From: Campylobacterota bacterium
GTDB taxonomy: Bacteria > Campylobacterota > Campylobacteria > Campylobacterales > Sulfurimonadaceae
Assembly: GCA_034717975.1 (NCBI GenBank)
Contig: JAYEMF010000120.1
Location: 1-32,987, forward strand
Length of the DNA stretch: 32,987 nt
Direction: 5' to 3'
A program made the position numbers and the translations under genes. Below, piece by piece: positions 6,960 through 16,415 of this stretch. The number at the start of each line of letters is the position of its first letter. The first letter of the stretch is position 1. Under the pieces are notes generated by a model, which worked only from the letters and a program-made list of their open reading frames with translations, searched no databases and was not told the origin of the DNA.

Positions 6960-8291
6960 CTATTTTAAGATCTTAGCCTTCAACTCATCCTCTTCTATCT
7001 TCTCTTTTTTATATTTAACAGCAACCACCGCTTCGGTCTCATTAATATACCACTCTGCAATGTGCTCATGTTCAAAATTATTGAGTTTATCCTGATCGAC
7101 ATCATCAAGCGGCACAAAAAGGTGAGCATAACGTTCGGGATTGGAGAGTTTAAATGTCCAGACCAGCCATATCCCGCCAACGATGGCTAAAATCAATCCT
7201 AGTGTCTGACGGTCTGAGATGTCAAGCGCGAGTCCGGCAAGCGTTCCGCCGATAAAAGTCATAAAGTAGGCCGCCGAGTTACCAATACCAAGGGCTGCCC
7301 CTTTTTGGTGTACTTTGGCAAACTTGGAGATCATCGACTGTACGAGCGGTTCCATCATATTGAAACCGATAAAGAAGCTGACTACACCGACGATAAAGAC
7401 GATTGGAGATGTCGCGTATCCCATCAAGACAAAGGCCGTAATAAAGAGAACAATCGAGAGTAAAAAGATTTCACGAGGTTTGTTATGCTTTTCACCAAAA
7501 ACAGCTGCCGGTCCCATGGCGATCAGTCCCATAACCATTGCAGGAAGGTAGACCATCCATAGTTCTGACTTATCCCATCCAAAACCGTTTTCATTGATAG
7601 CTGACGTCATAATGATCGGGATCAAAACAAAAGCGATGGTCATCAGGCCTTTTTGCATCCCGTTGATAATGATCATACTTAACAGGTTCGGATCCTTCAG
7701 GATATCACCTGTCGTAGCCGTATTGTGGTAGATATGATGAATCTTAGGGGGTGTCGGTACTTTGGTAAAGAGTAGTACCATTGCTGCAACTGAAAGTCCG
7801 GCTGTGATCCAAAAGAGGGTGTCGACACCATAAGCAGCACCAAGAACCGGACCAAGTCCCATTGCCAACGCAAAACTCATGGCAATGGAGGCACCCATGA
7901 TCGCCATCGCTTTGGCGCGAACCTCTTCGGCAACAAGGTCACTGATCATGGCGGTAATGACAGAACCGATGGCTCCGGCACCTTGCAAGAATCGTCCGAG
8001 CATCAAGGTATAGATATCGGTACTGACAGCACAGATAACCGAACCGATCAAAAAGATGATCAGGCCGATCAGCAGTGTCAGCTTGCGTCCGATTTTGTCA
8101 CTCATCGTTCCAAAAGGAACCTGCAGGAGTGCCTGGGTCAGGGCATATCCTCCCACAATCACACCAACGAGCAGCGGTGTAGCTCCTTCCATACTGAGGG
8201 CATAAATAGAAAGAACAGGAAGAACCAGAAAAAGGCCTAAAAAGCGCATCGATAAAATGGCTGAAAGGGGCATTACTTTTTTAAACATCAT
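6960..8291 (-). CDS. MFS transporter (YajR-like)
   Basis: About 12 TM segments, motif A GTMSDKIGRK, GRFLQGAGAIGS, soluble C-terminal extension. Confidence 0.9.
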   Translation of the reverse strand: MMFKKVMPLSAILSMRFLGLFLVLPVLSIYALSMEGATPLLVGVIVGGYALTQALLQVPFGTMSDKIGRKLTLLIGLIIFLIGSVICAVSTDIYTLMLGRFLQGAGAIGSVITAMISDLVAEEVRAKAMAIMGASIAMSFALAMGLGPVLGAAYGVDTLFWITAGLSVAAMVLLFTKVPTPPKIHHIYHNTATTGDILKDPNLLSMIIINGMQKGLMTIAFVLIPIIMTSAINENGFGWDKSELWMVYLPAMVMGLIAMGPAAVFGEKHNKPREIFLLSIVLFITAFVLMGYATSPIVFIVGVVSFFIGFNMMEPLVQSMISKFAKVHQKGAALGIGNSAAYFMTFIGGTLAGLALDISDRQTLGLILAIVGGIWLVWTFKLSNPERYAHLFVPLDDVDQDKLNNFEHEHIAEWYINETEAVVAVKYKKEKIEEDELKAKILK

Positions 8292-8406
8292 TCACCTTGA
8301 GGCAGGACTTAGGCGCCCTGCGATAAAATTCCGCCATTATAGTACTCCATAATATAGTTAGATATTAAGTGCCTTGATCATGAAATGAGTAAAGGTATCA
8401 ATAAGG

Positions 8407-9018
8407 ATGAAGATGAAATTAGTGCTTGCAACCTCCAATAAAGGCAAAGTCCGTGAAATCAAGGCGCTATGCAGTCTGTTTGAAGTGATTCCCTACAGTG
8501 ATCTGATCGAACCGTTTGAGATCATTGAAGATGCCGATACGTTCAAAGGCAATGCCCTGATCAAGGCAAAAACAGTCTATAATGCATTAGGTGATGATGA
8601 CGTCATAGTGATCTCAGATGACAGCGGTATCAGTGTCGATGCTTTGAATGGTGAACCGGGTATCTACAGTGCGCGCTATGCCGGTGAAGATGCAAGTGAC
8701 AAAGATAATCTCTATGCTCTGATCGATGCACTGAAGGAAAAAGGTGTTACCGAATCACCGGCGCACTATACGGCAGCGATCGCGATTGTCTCTAAAGAAG
8801 CTTCACAAACAGTGCATGGCTGGATGTATGGTACAGCCATCACTGAAACTCGCGGCGATAAAGGGTTTGGATACGATCCGATGTTTATTCCCGAAGGGTA
8901 TGAGAAGACACTTGGTGAGCTTGATGATGAGATAAAATCAAAACTGTCGCATCGCTCGAAAGCATTGGGTTTGGCAAAAGTTGTTTTGGAAACGATTAAA
9001 AAACAGCGGGAAGTTTAA
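8407..9018 (+). CDS. rdgB: Non-canonical purine NTP pyrophosphatase (RdgB/HAM1)
   Basis: [36 protein letters not shown]. Confidence 0.96.
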   Translation: MKMKLVLATSNKGKVREIKALCSLFEVIPYSDLIEPFEIIEDADTFKGNALIKAKTVYNALGDDDVIVISDDSGISVDALNGEPGIYSARYAGEDASDKDNLYALIDALKEKGVTESPAHYTAAIAIVSKEASQTVHGWMYGTAITETRGDKGFGYDPMFIPEGYEKTLGELDDEIKSKLSHRSKALGLAKVVLETIKKQREV

Positions 9019-9083
9019 AAAAGTTTTCTACTGACGCGTTATAAAGCTTCTTCAAAACAGAAGCAAAAATTCTTTCTTATTGA

Positions 9084-9857
9084 CTACTCCAGATTGATGC
9101 CAAATAACCCAAAAAGCAGGCCTGATGCAATCAAATAAATCCCAAACGGTGTAAAACTATAGCGTGAAACGATTGCCAGAAATCCTTTGACAGCAATCCA
9201 TCCGACGACAAATGAGACGATAAAACCGATAGCAAGAAGTTCAAAATGTTCAAAGGAGAGCGCATGAAACTCTTTGAGAAGGACATAGCCAGACGCTGCA
9301 CCCATCGTTGGAATGGCAAGCAGAAATGAAAAACTCATGGCTATATCACGTTTAAGCCCAACAAGCATGGCTCCAAGAATGGTTGTTCCGGAGCGTGAAA
9401 TACCCGGAACCAGAGCAAGCGTCTGAAAAAAACCGATGTATAGCGCTTGTTTGATAGAGACATTATCCAAATCGCCAATATGATGTTCACGCTCTTTATA
9501 AAAGAATTCGATGGCCAAAAAAGCGATACCGGTGAGGACCATCAGGGCGACAGTCGAATTGGCAGAGAACATCGCTTCGATCTGCTTATGGAACAGAAAA
9601 CCGACAGCACCGGTAGGGATAAAGGCGATGATGAGTTTCATCCAGAGAGATTTGCTCTGCAGCAGACGCTCCCGGTAGATCAGCATGACTGAAAAGATCG
9701 GGGCAATCTGGATGATGATCTCATAAGCTGTCATAAATTCGGTCTGTTCGAGTCCCAACATCTTACCGGTGAGAAAAAGATGGGCCGTTGAAGAGACCGG
9801 AAGATATTCCGTGATTCCTTCGACAATGCCTAAAATAATGGAGTCAAATATAGTCAT
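9084..9857 (-). CDS. uppP: Undecaprenyl-diphosphate phosphatase
   Basis: GIVEGITEYLPVSSTAH, PGISRSG, FSFLLAIP; start ATG 9857. Confidence 0.96.
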   Translation of the reverse strand: MTIFDSIILGIVEGITEYLPVSSTAHLFLTGKMLGLEQTEFMTAYEIIIQIAPIFSVMLIYRERLLQSKSLWMKLIIAFIPTGAVGFLFHKQIEAMFSANSTVALMVLTGIAFLAIEFFYKEREHHIGDLDNVSIKQALYIGFFQTLALVPGISRSGTTILGAMLVGLKRDIAMSFSFLLAIPTMGAASGYVLLKEFHALSFEHFELLAIGFIVSFVVGWIAVKGFLAIVSRYSFTPFGIYLIASGLLFGLFGINLE

Positions 9858-10048
9858 GAACAGATACTTTTTAAAGTTTTTCGGCATTTTACCATAGGTG
9901 CACAATCTCATTTGATTTAAGCGGTGCCCTTAATGCATTATAAACTTCTGCTTCGATATAATACGCAGTTTGTAAAGAAATGGGTATTTCCAAAAAACCT
10001 ATCTGATTTTCATAGATTTTTTAGAGATACTTAACTCAAGGAATATTG

Positions 10049-11179
10049 ATGTTGCTTTTTACTCCCGGACCGACTCCGGTTCCAGAAAATATCCGTAAAG
10101 CGATGGCTGATGTGACGATCCATCACCGTACACCGGAATTTGAAGCTATTTTTGAACGTACGCGTGAACTGCTTTTTAACCTTTTTGCTACCGATGAAGT
10201 CGTGATGCTGAGTTCATCAGGAACCGGTGCGATGGAAGCTGCTGTAACCAATCTGACGGCGAAAAAACTGCTTTCGGTCAATGCCGGAAAATTTGGCGAG
10301 CGTTTCGGAAAGATCGCCGTAGCTCACGGGATTGAGAATGTTGAGCTGAAGTATGAATGGAATACGCCGGCAACGGTTGAAGATATTACAGCTGCACTTG
10401 AAGCGGATGCCAATATCGATGCGATCGCCATTCAGGTCTCCGAATCTGCCGGCGGCCTGCGTCACCCGGTTGAAGAGATCGCAGCGGCAGCCAAAGCGAT
10501 CCGACCGGAGATCATGATCATTGCTGATGGTATTACAGCTGTTGGTGTCGAGCGTATTGATGTGGCCAACATCGACTGTCTGATCGCCGGAAGTCAAAAG
10601 GCACTTATGCTGCCTCCTGGTCTGGCTATCCTCGGGCTTAGCAATGCAGCTATTGAAAAGATTGGAACGGGGAAGGGTTACTATCTCAACCTTGCTTCAG
10701 AGATCAAACAGCAGCGAAAAAACACGACGGCCTATACGGCAGCGACAACTTTGATCATCGGCCTTTTGGAAGTGCTTGAAACGATTGAAGAGCGCGGAGG
10801 TATCGGAATGCTCTACTGCCATACGGCGCGTCGTGCCAAGGCGGTACGTTTTGCCCTTGAAGCGATCGGACTGCACTCCTATCCGACTGCTCCGGCAAAG
10901 TCGATGACAACGATCGATGATGCTGATGCTGCAGAGATTAGAAACCTGCTCAAAAGTGATTTCGGGGTGAATGTCGCCGGCGGGCAGGATCATCTTAAGG
11001 GGAAGATATTCCGTATCAACCAGATGGGACTGATCGATCCAAACGAGATAACCTGGGTTGTCAACAGTATCGAGCTCTGTCTGCACAAGATGGGTCGAAG
11101 AACCTATGATGGCACAGCGAACAAAATCTACAACGAAACATTCTTTAAAACGATGCTTTCCGCAAAAGAGAGTAAATGA
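10049..11179 (+). CDS. Class V PLP aminotransferase (alanine-glyoxylate/serine aminotransferase family)
   Basis: LLFTPGPTPVP, SSGTGAMEAA, GSQKALMLPPG (PLP Lys), GGQDHLKGKIFRI. Confidence 0.92.
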   Translation: MLLFTPGPTPVPENIRKAMADVTIHHRTPEFEAIFERTRELLFNLFATDEVVMLSSSGTGAMEAAVTNLTAKKLLSVNAGKFGERFGKIAVAHGIENVELKYEWNTPATVEDITAALEADANIDAIAIQVSESAGGLRHPVEEIAAAAKAIRPEIMIIADGITAVGVERIDVANIDCLIAGSQKALMLPPGLAILGLSNAAIEKIGTGKGYYLNLASEIKQQRKNTTAYTAATTLIIGLLEVLETIEERGGIGMLYCHTARRAKAVRFALEAIGLHSYPTAPAKSMTTIDDADAAEIRNLLKSDFGVNVAGGQDHLKGKIFRINQMGLIDPNEITWVVNSIELCLHKMGRRTYDGTANKIYNETFFKTMLSAKESK

Positions 11180-12021
11180 TTTTCGAACACGAGATCCCAA
11201 CGGGCAGCAAACTCTATTTTGGAGATGCCGCCAAGCAAAAACGGATGATCGAACAGGTAGCCAGCGATGTACTCTATGAGAGCGGTTTTGAAGAGATCGT
11301 CACACCGGTTTTTTCGTATCACCAGCACCACAGTATCTCTGATGAGCGTGAACTGATCCGTGTGAACGATACGGAGAACCATCATATGAGCCTGCGTGCC
11401 GATTCGACTATTGACGTGGTGCGTATTACCGATAAGCGTTTAGGACGAAATACCGAGCATAAGAAGTGGTTCTATATTCAGCCGGTCTACCGTTACCCAT
11501 CGATAGAGCAGTACCAGGTCGGTGCCGAATTTATCGGGGAGCCAAATCTGGCCAGTGTGCTCAACCAGGCTGTAGAGATCATGCAGGAGCTTGAACTTCA
11601 GCCGCTGCTTCAGATCAGCAACATCAATATTCCGAAGATCCTTGCCGAAACACTGGACCTTGAACTGGATGATTTTCGCCATATCAATATCCAGAAATTC
11701 CTGTCATTGGATATTGAGTGGTTGAACAAACTGGTCTATCTGCATCGTATCGATCAGATCGATGAAGTAATGGCGATAGTTCCTGAATCGATCCGCAGTG
11801 AACTGCAAAAGGTCAAAGAGCTGGCGGCACAGCTGTCGTATGCCAATATTGCTATAGCACCGCTCTATTATGCGCAGATGCTCTATTATGATGAGCTCTT
11901 CTTCCGTATGATCGAAGGGAATGAGGTCTATGCACGCGGCGGACGCTATAAGAACGAAGCGATCTCATCGGTCGGTTTTGCCATCTATACAGATACATTG
12001 ATTGAAACATTAGGGAAATAA
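11176..12021 (+). CDS. hisZ: ATP phosphoribosyltransferase regulatory subunit (short HisZ)
   Basis: HisRS-like motifs [28 protein letters not shown]; immediately upstream of purA. Confidence 0.85.
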   Translation: MIFEHEIPTGSKLYFGDAAKQKRMIEQVASDVLYESGFEEIVTPVFSYHQHHSISDERELIRVNDTENHHMSLRADSTIDVVRITDKRLGRNTEHKKWFYIQPVYRYPSIEQYQVGAEFIGEPNLASVLNQAVEIMQELELQPLLQISNINIPKILAETLDLELDDFRHINIQKFLSLDIEWLNKLVYLHRIDQIDEVMAIVPESIRSELQKVKELAAQLSYANIAIAPLYYAQMLYYDELFFRMIEGNEVYARGGRYKNEAISSVGFAIYTDTLIETLGK

Positions 12022-12022
12022 A

Positions 12023-13273
12023 ATGATTAAAGCAGATTTGATTGTCGGCGTTCAATGGGGCGACGAAGGAAAAGGGAAGATCGTTGATAAGCTTGCGCAA
12101 GAGTATGACATGGTCTGTCGTTCACAAGGCGGCCACAATGCGGGCCATACGATCTGGGTCGATGGTGTTCGTTATGCGCTACACCTGATTCCGTCTGGTG
12201 TTCTGAATCCTAAAGCGATCAATGTGATCGGGAATGGTGTAGTGCTCTCTCCGGAATCCATCATCAAAGAGATGAGTCAGTTTGATAACCTTGAAGGACG
12301 CCTCTTTATCTCGGACAAGGCGCATCTGAACCTTCCTTATCATGCTTTGATCGATCAGGCAAAAGAGCGTCTTAAAGGTGATAAGGCGATCGGTACGACA
12401 GGTAAGGGAATCGGGCCGGCTTATTCGGACAAGATCAACCGTGTCGGCGTACGTGTAGGTGAACTGCTAAACCCTGAAAAACTGTGCAGTTCCGTTTTGG
12501 ACTATTTTGAACAGAACAGAGCGATCTTTGATGTGTTGGAGATCGAGACACCCAATGAGAGCGAACTGCGGGCTCTTTTAAAAGAGTACAAAGATAAAAT
12601 CGGCTCTTTTATTACCAATACGACGAACATGGTATGGGATGCGCTGGACAGCGATCAGAAAATTCTGCTTGAGGGTGCGCAGGGAACGATGCTCGATATC
12701 GATCATGGTACTTACCCCTATGTAACATCCTCTTCAACGGTCAGTGCAGGTGCCTGTACCGGCCTTGGTATCAACCCGAAAGATATCGGTAAAGTGACAG
12801 GGATTGTCAAAGCCTACTGTACCCGTGTCGGTAACGGACCGTTTCCAAGTGAAGATCTTGGTGAAGATGGCGCACGCCTTGGAAAACAGGGACATGAGTT
12901 TGGTACGACGACCGGCCGTGCACGCCGCTGTGGCTGGTTCGATGCTGTAGCATGCCGCTATGCAAGCCGTCTGAACGGCTGTGATGAACTGGCATTGATG
13001 AAGCTTGATGTACTTGATGGTTTTGATGAGATCAAAGTGTGTGTCGCTTATGAGGTGAATGGCGAAGAGATCGATTATCTGCCGTCAGATCTTGACAGTG
13101 TCAAACCAGTCTACAAAACGTTTAAAGGGTGGGAGAAATCTGAAGGTGCACGCACCTTCGATGCGCTTCCGACTGAAGCACAGGATTATGTCAAAGCGAT
13201 AGAAGCGATGACAAAAACAAAAGTGGGGATCATCTCGACATCTCCTGAGAGAAACGATACAATAGTGTTGTAA
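12023..13273 (+). CDS. purA: Adenylosuccinate synthetase
   Basis: [44 protein letters not shown]. Confidence 0.99.
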   Translation: MIKADLIVGVQWGDEGKGKIVDKLAQEYDMVCRSQGGHNAGHTIWVDGVRYALHLIPSGVLNPKAINVIGNGVVLSPESIIKEMSQFDNLEGRLFISDKAHLNLPYHALIDQAKERLKGDKAIGTTGKGIGPAYSDKINRVGVRVGELLNPEKLCSSVLDYFEQNRAIFDVLEIETPNESELRALLKEYKDKIGSFITNTTNMVWDALDSDQKILLEGAQGTMLDIDHGTYPYVTSSSTVSAGACTGLGINPKDIGKVTGIVKAYCTRVGNGPFPSEDLGEDGARLGKQGHEFGTTTGRARRCGWFDAVACRYASRLNGCDELALMKLDVLDGFDEIKVCVAYEVNGEEIDYLPSDLDSVKPVYKTFKGWEKSEGARTFDALPTEAQDYVKAIEAMTKTKVGIISTSPERNDTIVL

Positions 13274-13276
13274 TAT

Positions 13277-13380
13277 AGAGTGAAGAGGAAAGAGGATGAA
13301 ATTGATATATTTTGAATTGGCTTTATTCTCATTTCTCTTTCCCCTTTCCCCTTCCCCCTTCCCGGTGGCGATAGCCACTG
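13277..13380. repeat. Facing purine/pyrimidine heptamer repeats plus a GC hairpin
   Basis: AGAGTGA AGAGGAA AGAGGAT ... TTCTCAT TTCTCTT TCCCCTT TCCCCTT CCCCCTT, then CGGTGGC-GATA-GCCACTG. Confidence 0.6.
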
Positions 13381-13396
13381 CATCCAAAGGATGCTC

Positions 13397-13822
13397 ATGA
13401 AAACACGCTTTACCCCTCTCATCAAGGTCAAAAAAGAGATGATGGACCGGTGTGAGCGTGATCTGCAAAAAGCCAATCAGGCTGTTCATAATGCGCAGAG
13501 TGCACTCGATGATGCTTACCGTGAACTGGACAATGCACAAACCCCTGAATCCGGATCTATGACCCAATTTAAAAACTCACGCATGCTTATCACTGCTCAG
13601 CGTGAGATTATTAAAGAGAAGCAGGAGTGGCTGGCTTTTGCATTGAAACAGGTCGAGAGTGCCAAGCAAGCCCTGAAAACTGCCATGATCGATTACGAAA
13701 AATTTAAATATCTGGAAGCAGAACAGATTAAAAAGGTCTTACTGGAACAGCGTCGTAAAGAGCAGCGAGAACTCGATGAGATCGCTGTTCTGACGTTTGA
13801 TAATGTGAAAGGAAGCGCATGA
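13397..13822 (+). CDS. fliJ: Flagellar export FliJ-like coiled-coil protein
   Basis: Coiled-coil with EKFKYLE and QRELDEIA; purA-fliJ-motE order as in Campylobacterota. AAGGA spacing favours ATG 13397 over 13391. Confidence 0.75.
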   Translation: MKTRFTPLIKVKKEMMDRCERDLQKANQAVHNAQSALDDAYRELDNAQTPESGSMTQFKNSRMLITAQREIIKEKQEWLAFALKQVESAKQALKTAMIDYEKFKYLEAEQIKKVLLEQRRKEQRELDEIAVLTFDNVKGSA

Positions 13823-14337
13823 GAATTTTTTGGATTCTTCTGATGGGCATACTTCCCCTCTCAGCACTGCAGACCAGCGAAAAACTTTTTGAGTGTACCA
13901 AGATCTTTGAAGAGCGTAAAAGTGAACTGCTTCTGGAACTTGAACGCATTGATGAACAGAAACAGGCTCTCGATGCACTTAAATCGGCAACAGATGAACT
14001 GATCAAAAAACGTGAAGCGGTTTTAAGTGAACAAGAGGCTCAAAACGATGCCAAGCTGAAAACTATCGAAGCTAAAGAGAAAAAGATTGAAGCGATGCTT
14101 CAGGAGAACAAACAACTGCTTGAGGAGATCAAAACACTGAAGATGGATAAGGTCACACGTACCTTTTCCAAGATGAAACCGGCTGCATCGGCCAAGATCA
14201 TGGGTGACATGACAAATCAAGAGGCAGCCAAGATCCTTTCAACACTAAAGCCGGCGACAGCAGGTAAAATTCTCTCCAAAATGGACTCCAAAAAAGCCTC
14301 AGAGGTCACGCTTCTGTTGACAGCAGAAGCAAAGTAA
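13819..14337 (+). CDS. MotE/MgtE_N-like periplasmic flagellar-associated protein
   Basis: Signal peptide, coiled-coil, repeats FSKMKPAASAKI / LKPATAGKILSKMD. Confidence 0.75.
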   Translation: MRIFWILLMGILPLSALQTSEKLFECTKIFEERKSELLLELERIDEQKQALDALKSATDELIKKREAVLSEQEAQNDAKLKTIEAKEKKIEAMLQENKQLLEEIKTLKMDKVTRTFSKMKPAASAKIMGDMTNQEAAKILSTLKPATAGKILSKMDSKKASEVTLLLTAEAK

Positions 14338-14414
14338 TCTATTTACTTTTTCTAATCAGATATTTACCTTAAATTGGTTAAAATTGCCAAAATTTTCTAT
14401 ATAGGCATGTTCCA

Positions 14415-14966
14415 ATGAAAGTCTCTCTCTCACACGTAAAACATATTGCAAATAAAATCGCTGTTGACTTGAACCGAAGCAGTGTCATTACCATGACACG
14501 CGGATTGGACGCTGTAGCCGAAGAGGCAGAAAAACATCTTATTGAAAATGTAAAAAAAGAGATGGCGCTGGAAGAGAAAGTGTATGAGATCGTGGATGAG
14601 AATGAAGAGCAGATCGACTTTTACCTGGCGGATGAGCGCCAGCTCTTCTTCATGATCAAAAAGAAACTGGCTGAGGAGTTTGGCGTTATCCTCAATTATG
14701 AAGAGCGCTTCTCTGACCTGGCACATACCATCCTGGATAACCTCTATGAAGAGGATCTGATTCACTACGATGTGAATGAAAACCGTATCAAAAATATCAT
14801 CTATGATGCCATTACAGGTTTTGTAGCCGATACCAACGAGATAGAATCGGCGGTTATTGAGAGACTGCGTTCTTATACACGTAAATTGATCCCTGGTACA
14901 GATGAATATGAGATTCTTTACGAGAAACATTATCAGGAAGAACTTCAAAAAAGAGGAATGGCATAA
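14415..14966 (+). CDS. DUF507 family protein
   Basis: LFFMIKKKLAEE..., RKLIPGTDEYEILYEKHYQEEL; conserved position upstream of carA. Confidence 0.8.
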   Translation: MKVSLSHVKHIANKIAVDLNRSSVITMTRGLDAVAEEAEKHLIENVKKEMALEEKVYEIVDENEEQIDFYLADERQLFFMIKKKLAEEFGVILNYEERFSDLAHTILDNLYEEDLIHYDVNENRIKNIIYDAITGFVADTNEIESAVIERLRSYTRKLIPGTDEYEILYEKHYQEELQKRGMA

Positions 14967-16093
14967 TGCAAAAAGCGTGGATATACCTTGAAAACGGGAC
15001 ATTTCTGGAAGCTTCATCTTTTGGTGCAGAAACTACACTGGTCGGTGAAATAGTTTTCAATACCTCGATGAGCGGGTATCAGGAGATTATGTCTGACCCT
15101 TCGTATGCCGGACAATTTGTGACATTTACCATGCCTGAGATCGGCAATGTCGGTGTCAATGATGAAGATATGGAGAGTAAAGGGGCCCACGCAAAGGGAA
15201 TGATCGTTCGTAAATACCAGGAACGTTACTCCAATTTTCGCGCAGAAGGTTCACTCTCTGATTTCTTGGACACACATGGTGTAATGGGTATTTGTGATAT
15301 CGATACCCGTTATCTGACCAAAATGCTTCGCAGTGAAGGCTCTATGATGATGATCGCCTCAACTGAGATCAGTGATAAAGATGAGCTCAGGAAAATGCTT
15401 GAGAGTTCACCGCGCATCGAAGAGGTAAACTACATCGAGCAGGTGAGTACCAAAGAGGCATATACACATACTGACGGTACTTATGATGCTCAGGAGTTCT
15501 GCTACAACAGTGCTCCGGAAGTCAAAGCAAAAATTGCGGCTATTGACTTTGGCGTCAAGCGAAATATCTTAAATGAGCTGACGCAGGCCGGTCTCGAAGT
15601 CGAAGTCTTGCCAAACAGTTTTGATGCAGACAACCTGATTGCACGCTATAAGAACAGAGAGATTGACGGTGTCTTTTTGTCAAATGGTCCCGGTGATCCA
15701 CTGGTACTTAAAGCGGAGCAGGAGCAGATTAAAAAGCTGATCGCGGCGAAAGTCCCGATGTTCGGTATCTGTCTTGGACATCAGCTGCTCTCTATCTCGC
15801 ACGGTTATGATACCTTTAAACTGAAATTCGGTCATCATGGCGGTAATCACCCGGTTAAAAACCAAAAGAGCGGAATGGTAGAGATCACCGCGCAAAACCA
15901 TAACTACAATGTTCCGGACAGTATCACGGACATCGCAGAGGTAACCCATACCAATCTTTTCGATAATACGATCGAGGGGCTCAAATACAACGATGCTCCG
16001 ATCTTCTCTGTTCAGCATCACCCTGAGTCAAGTCCGGGCCCGAAAGAGAGTCGCTATATCTTTGGTGAATTTCTTTCACTGATCAAGCGATAA
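14966..16093 (+). CDS. carA: Carbamoyl-phosphate synthase small subunit
   Basis: GEIVFNTSMSGYQE, LSNGPGDP, GICLGHQ, QHHPE. Confidence 0.98.
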   Translation: MQKAWIYLENGTFLEASSFGAETTLVGEIVFNTSMSGYQEIMSDPSYAGQFVTFTMPEIGNVGVNDEDMESKGAHAKGMIVRKYQERYSNFRAEGSLSDFLDTHGVMGICDIDTRYLTKMLRSEGSMMMIASTEISDKDELRKMLESSPRIEEVNYIEQVSTKEAYTHTDGTYDAQEFCYNSAPEVKAKIAAIDFGVKRNILNELTQAGLEVEVLPNSFDADNLIARYKNREIDGVFLSNGPGDPLVLKAEQEQIKKLIAAKVPMFGICLGHQLLSISHGYDTFKLKFGHHGGNHPVKNQKSGMVEITAQNHNYNVPDSITDIAEVTHTNLFDNTIEGLKYNDAPIFSVQHHPESSPGPKESRYIFGEFLSLIKR

Positions 16094-16109
16094 GAGTTAA
16101 GAAACAGCT

Positions 16110-16138
16110 CTCAATACTTCCTCAATACTTCCTCAATA
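16110..16138. repeat. 11-bp tandem repeat (CTCAATACTTC x2.6)
   Basis: Seen directly; flanked by inverted AGCTCT / AGAGCT. Confidence 0.8.
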
Positions 16139-16280
16139 GAGCTTTCCGAGAAGAATTCTTAAGTACTTTTAAGAATCCTTTTCACTTCCGTTTTCCCTGT
16201 TCATGGCAAACATTACGCTTTTTGCAGACAAGAAACTATAATGCTCCTTTTCTTCTCATAATAGTTTGAATTAATAAGCT

Positions 16281-16358
16281 TTTGACAATATTTGACAAAG
16301 ATTTAACAAATTATTTAGTTTAACTTATGTAGAGTTACACTGTTTAATAGCCTAGAAT
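16281..16358 (+). promoter_or_regulatory. ccoN promoter region with TTTGACAA direct repeats
   Basis: TTTGACAA at 16281 and 16291, TTTAACAA at 16302; candidate -10 TAGAAT at 16353-16358. Confidence 0.45.
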
Positions 16359-16415
16359 TGTTACATATGTATTAATTTCTGGGCTTTTAGCTTTGAATCT
16401 TAAAGGAGGCTATTA

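Noticed and set aside
13085..13567. 160-aa and 96-aa minus-strand ORFs spanning purA/fliJ
   Set aside because: Antisense to two good genes; low-complexity translation of the heptamer repeats
16110..16138. CRISPR array
   Set aside because: 11-bp units with no spacers and no cas genes
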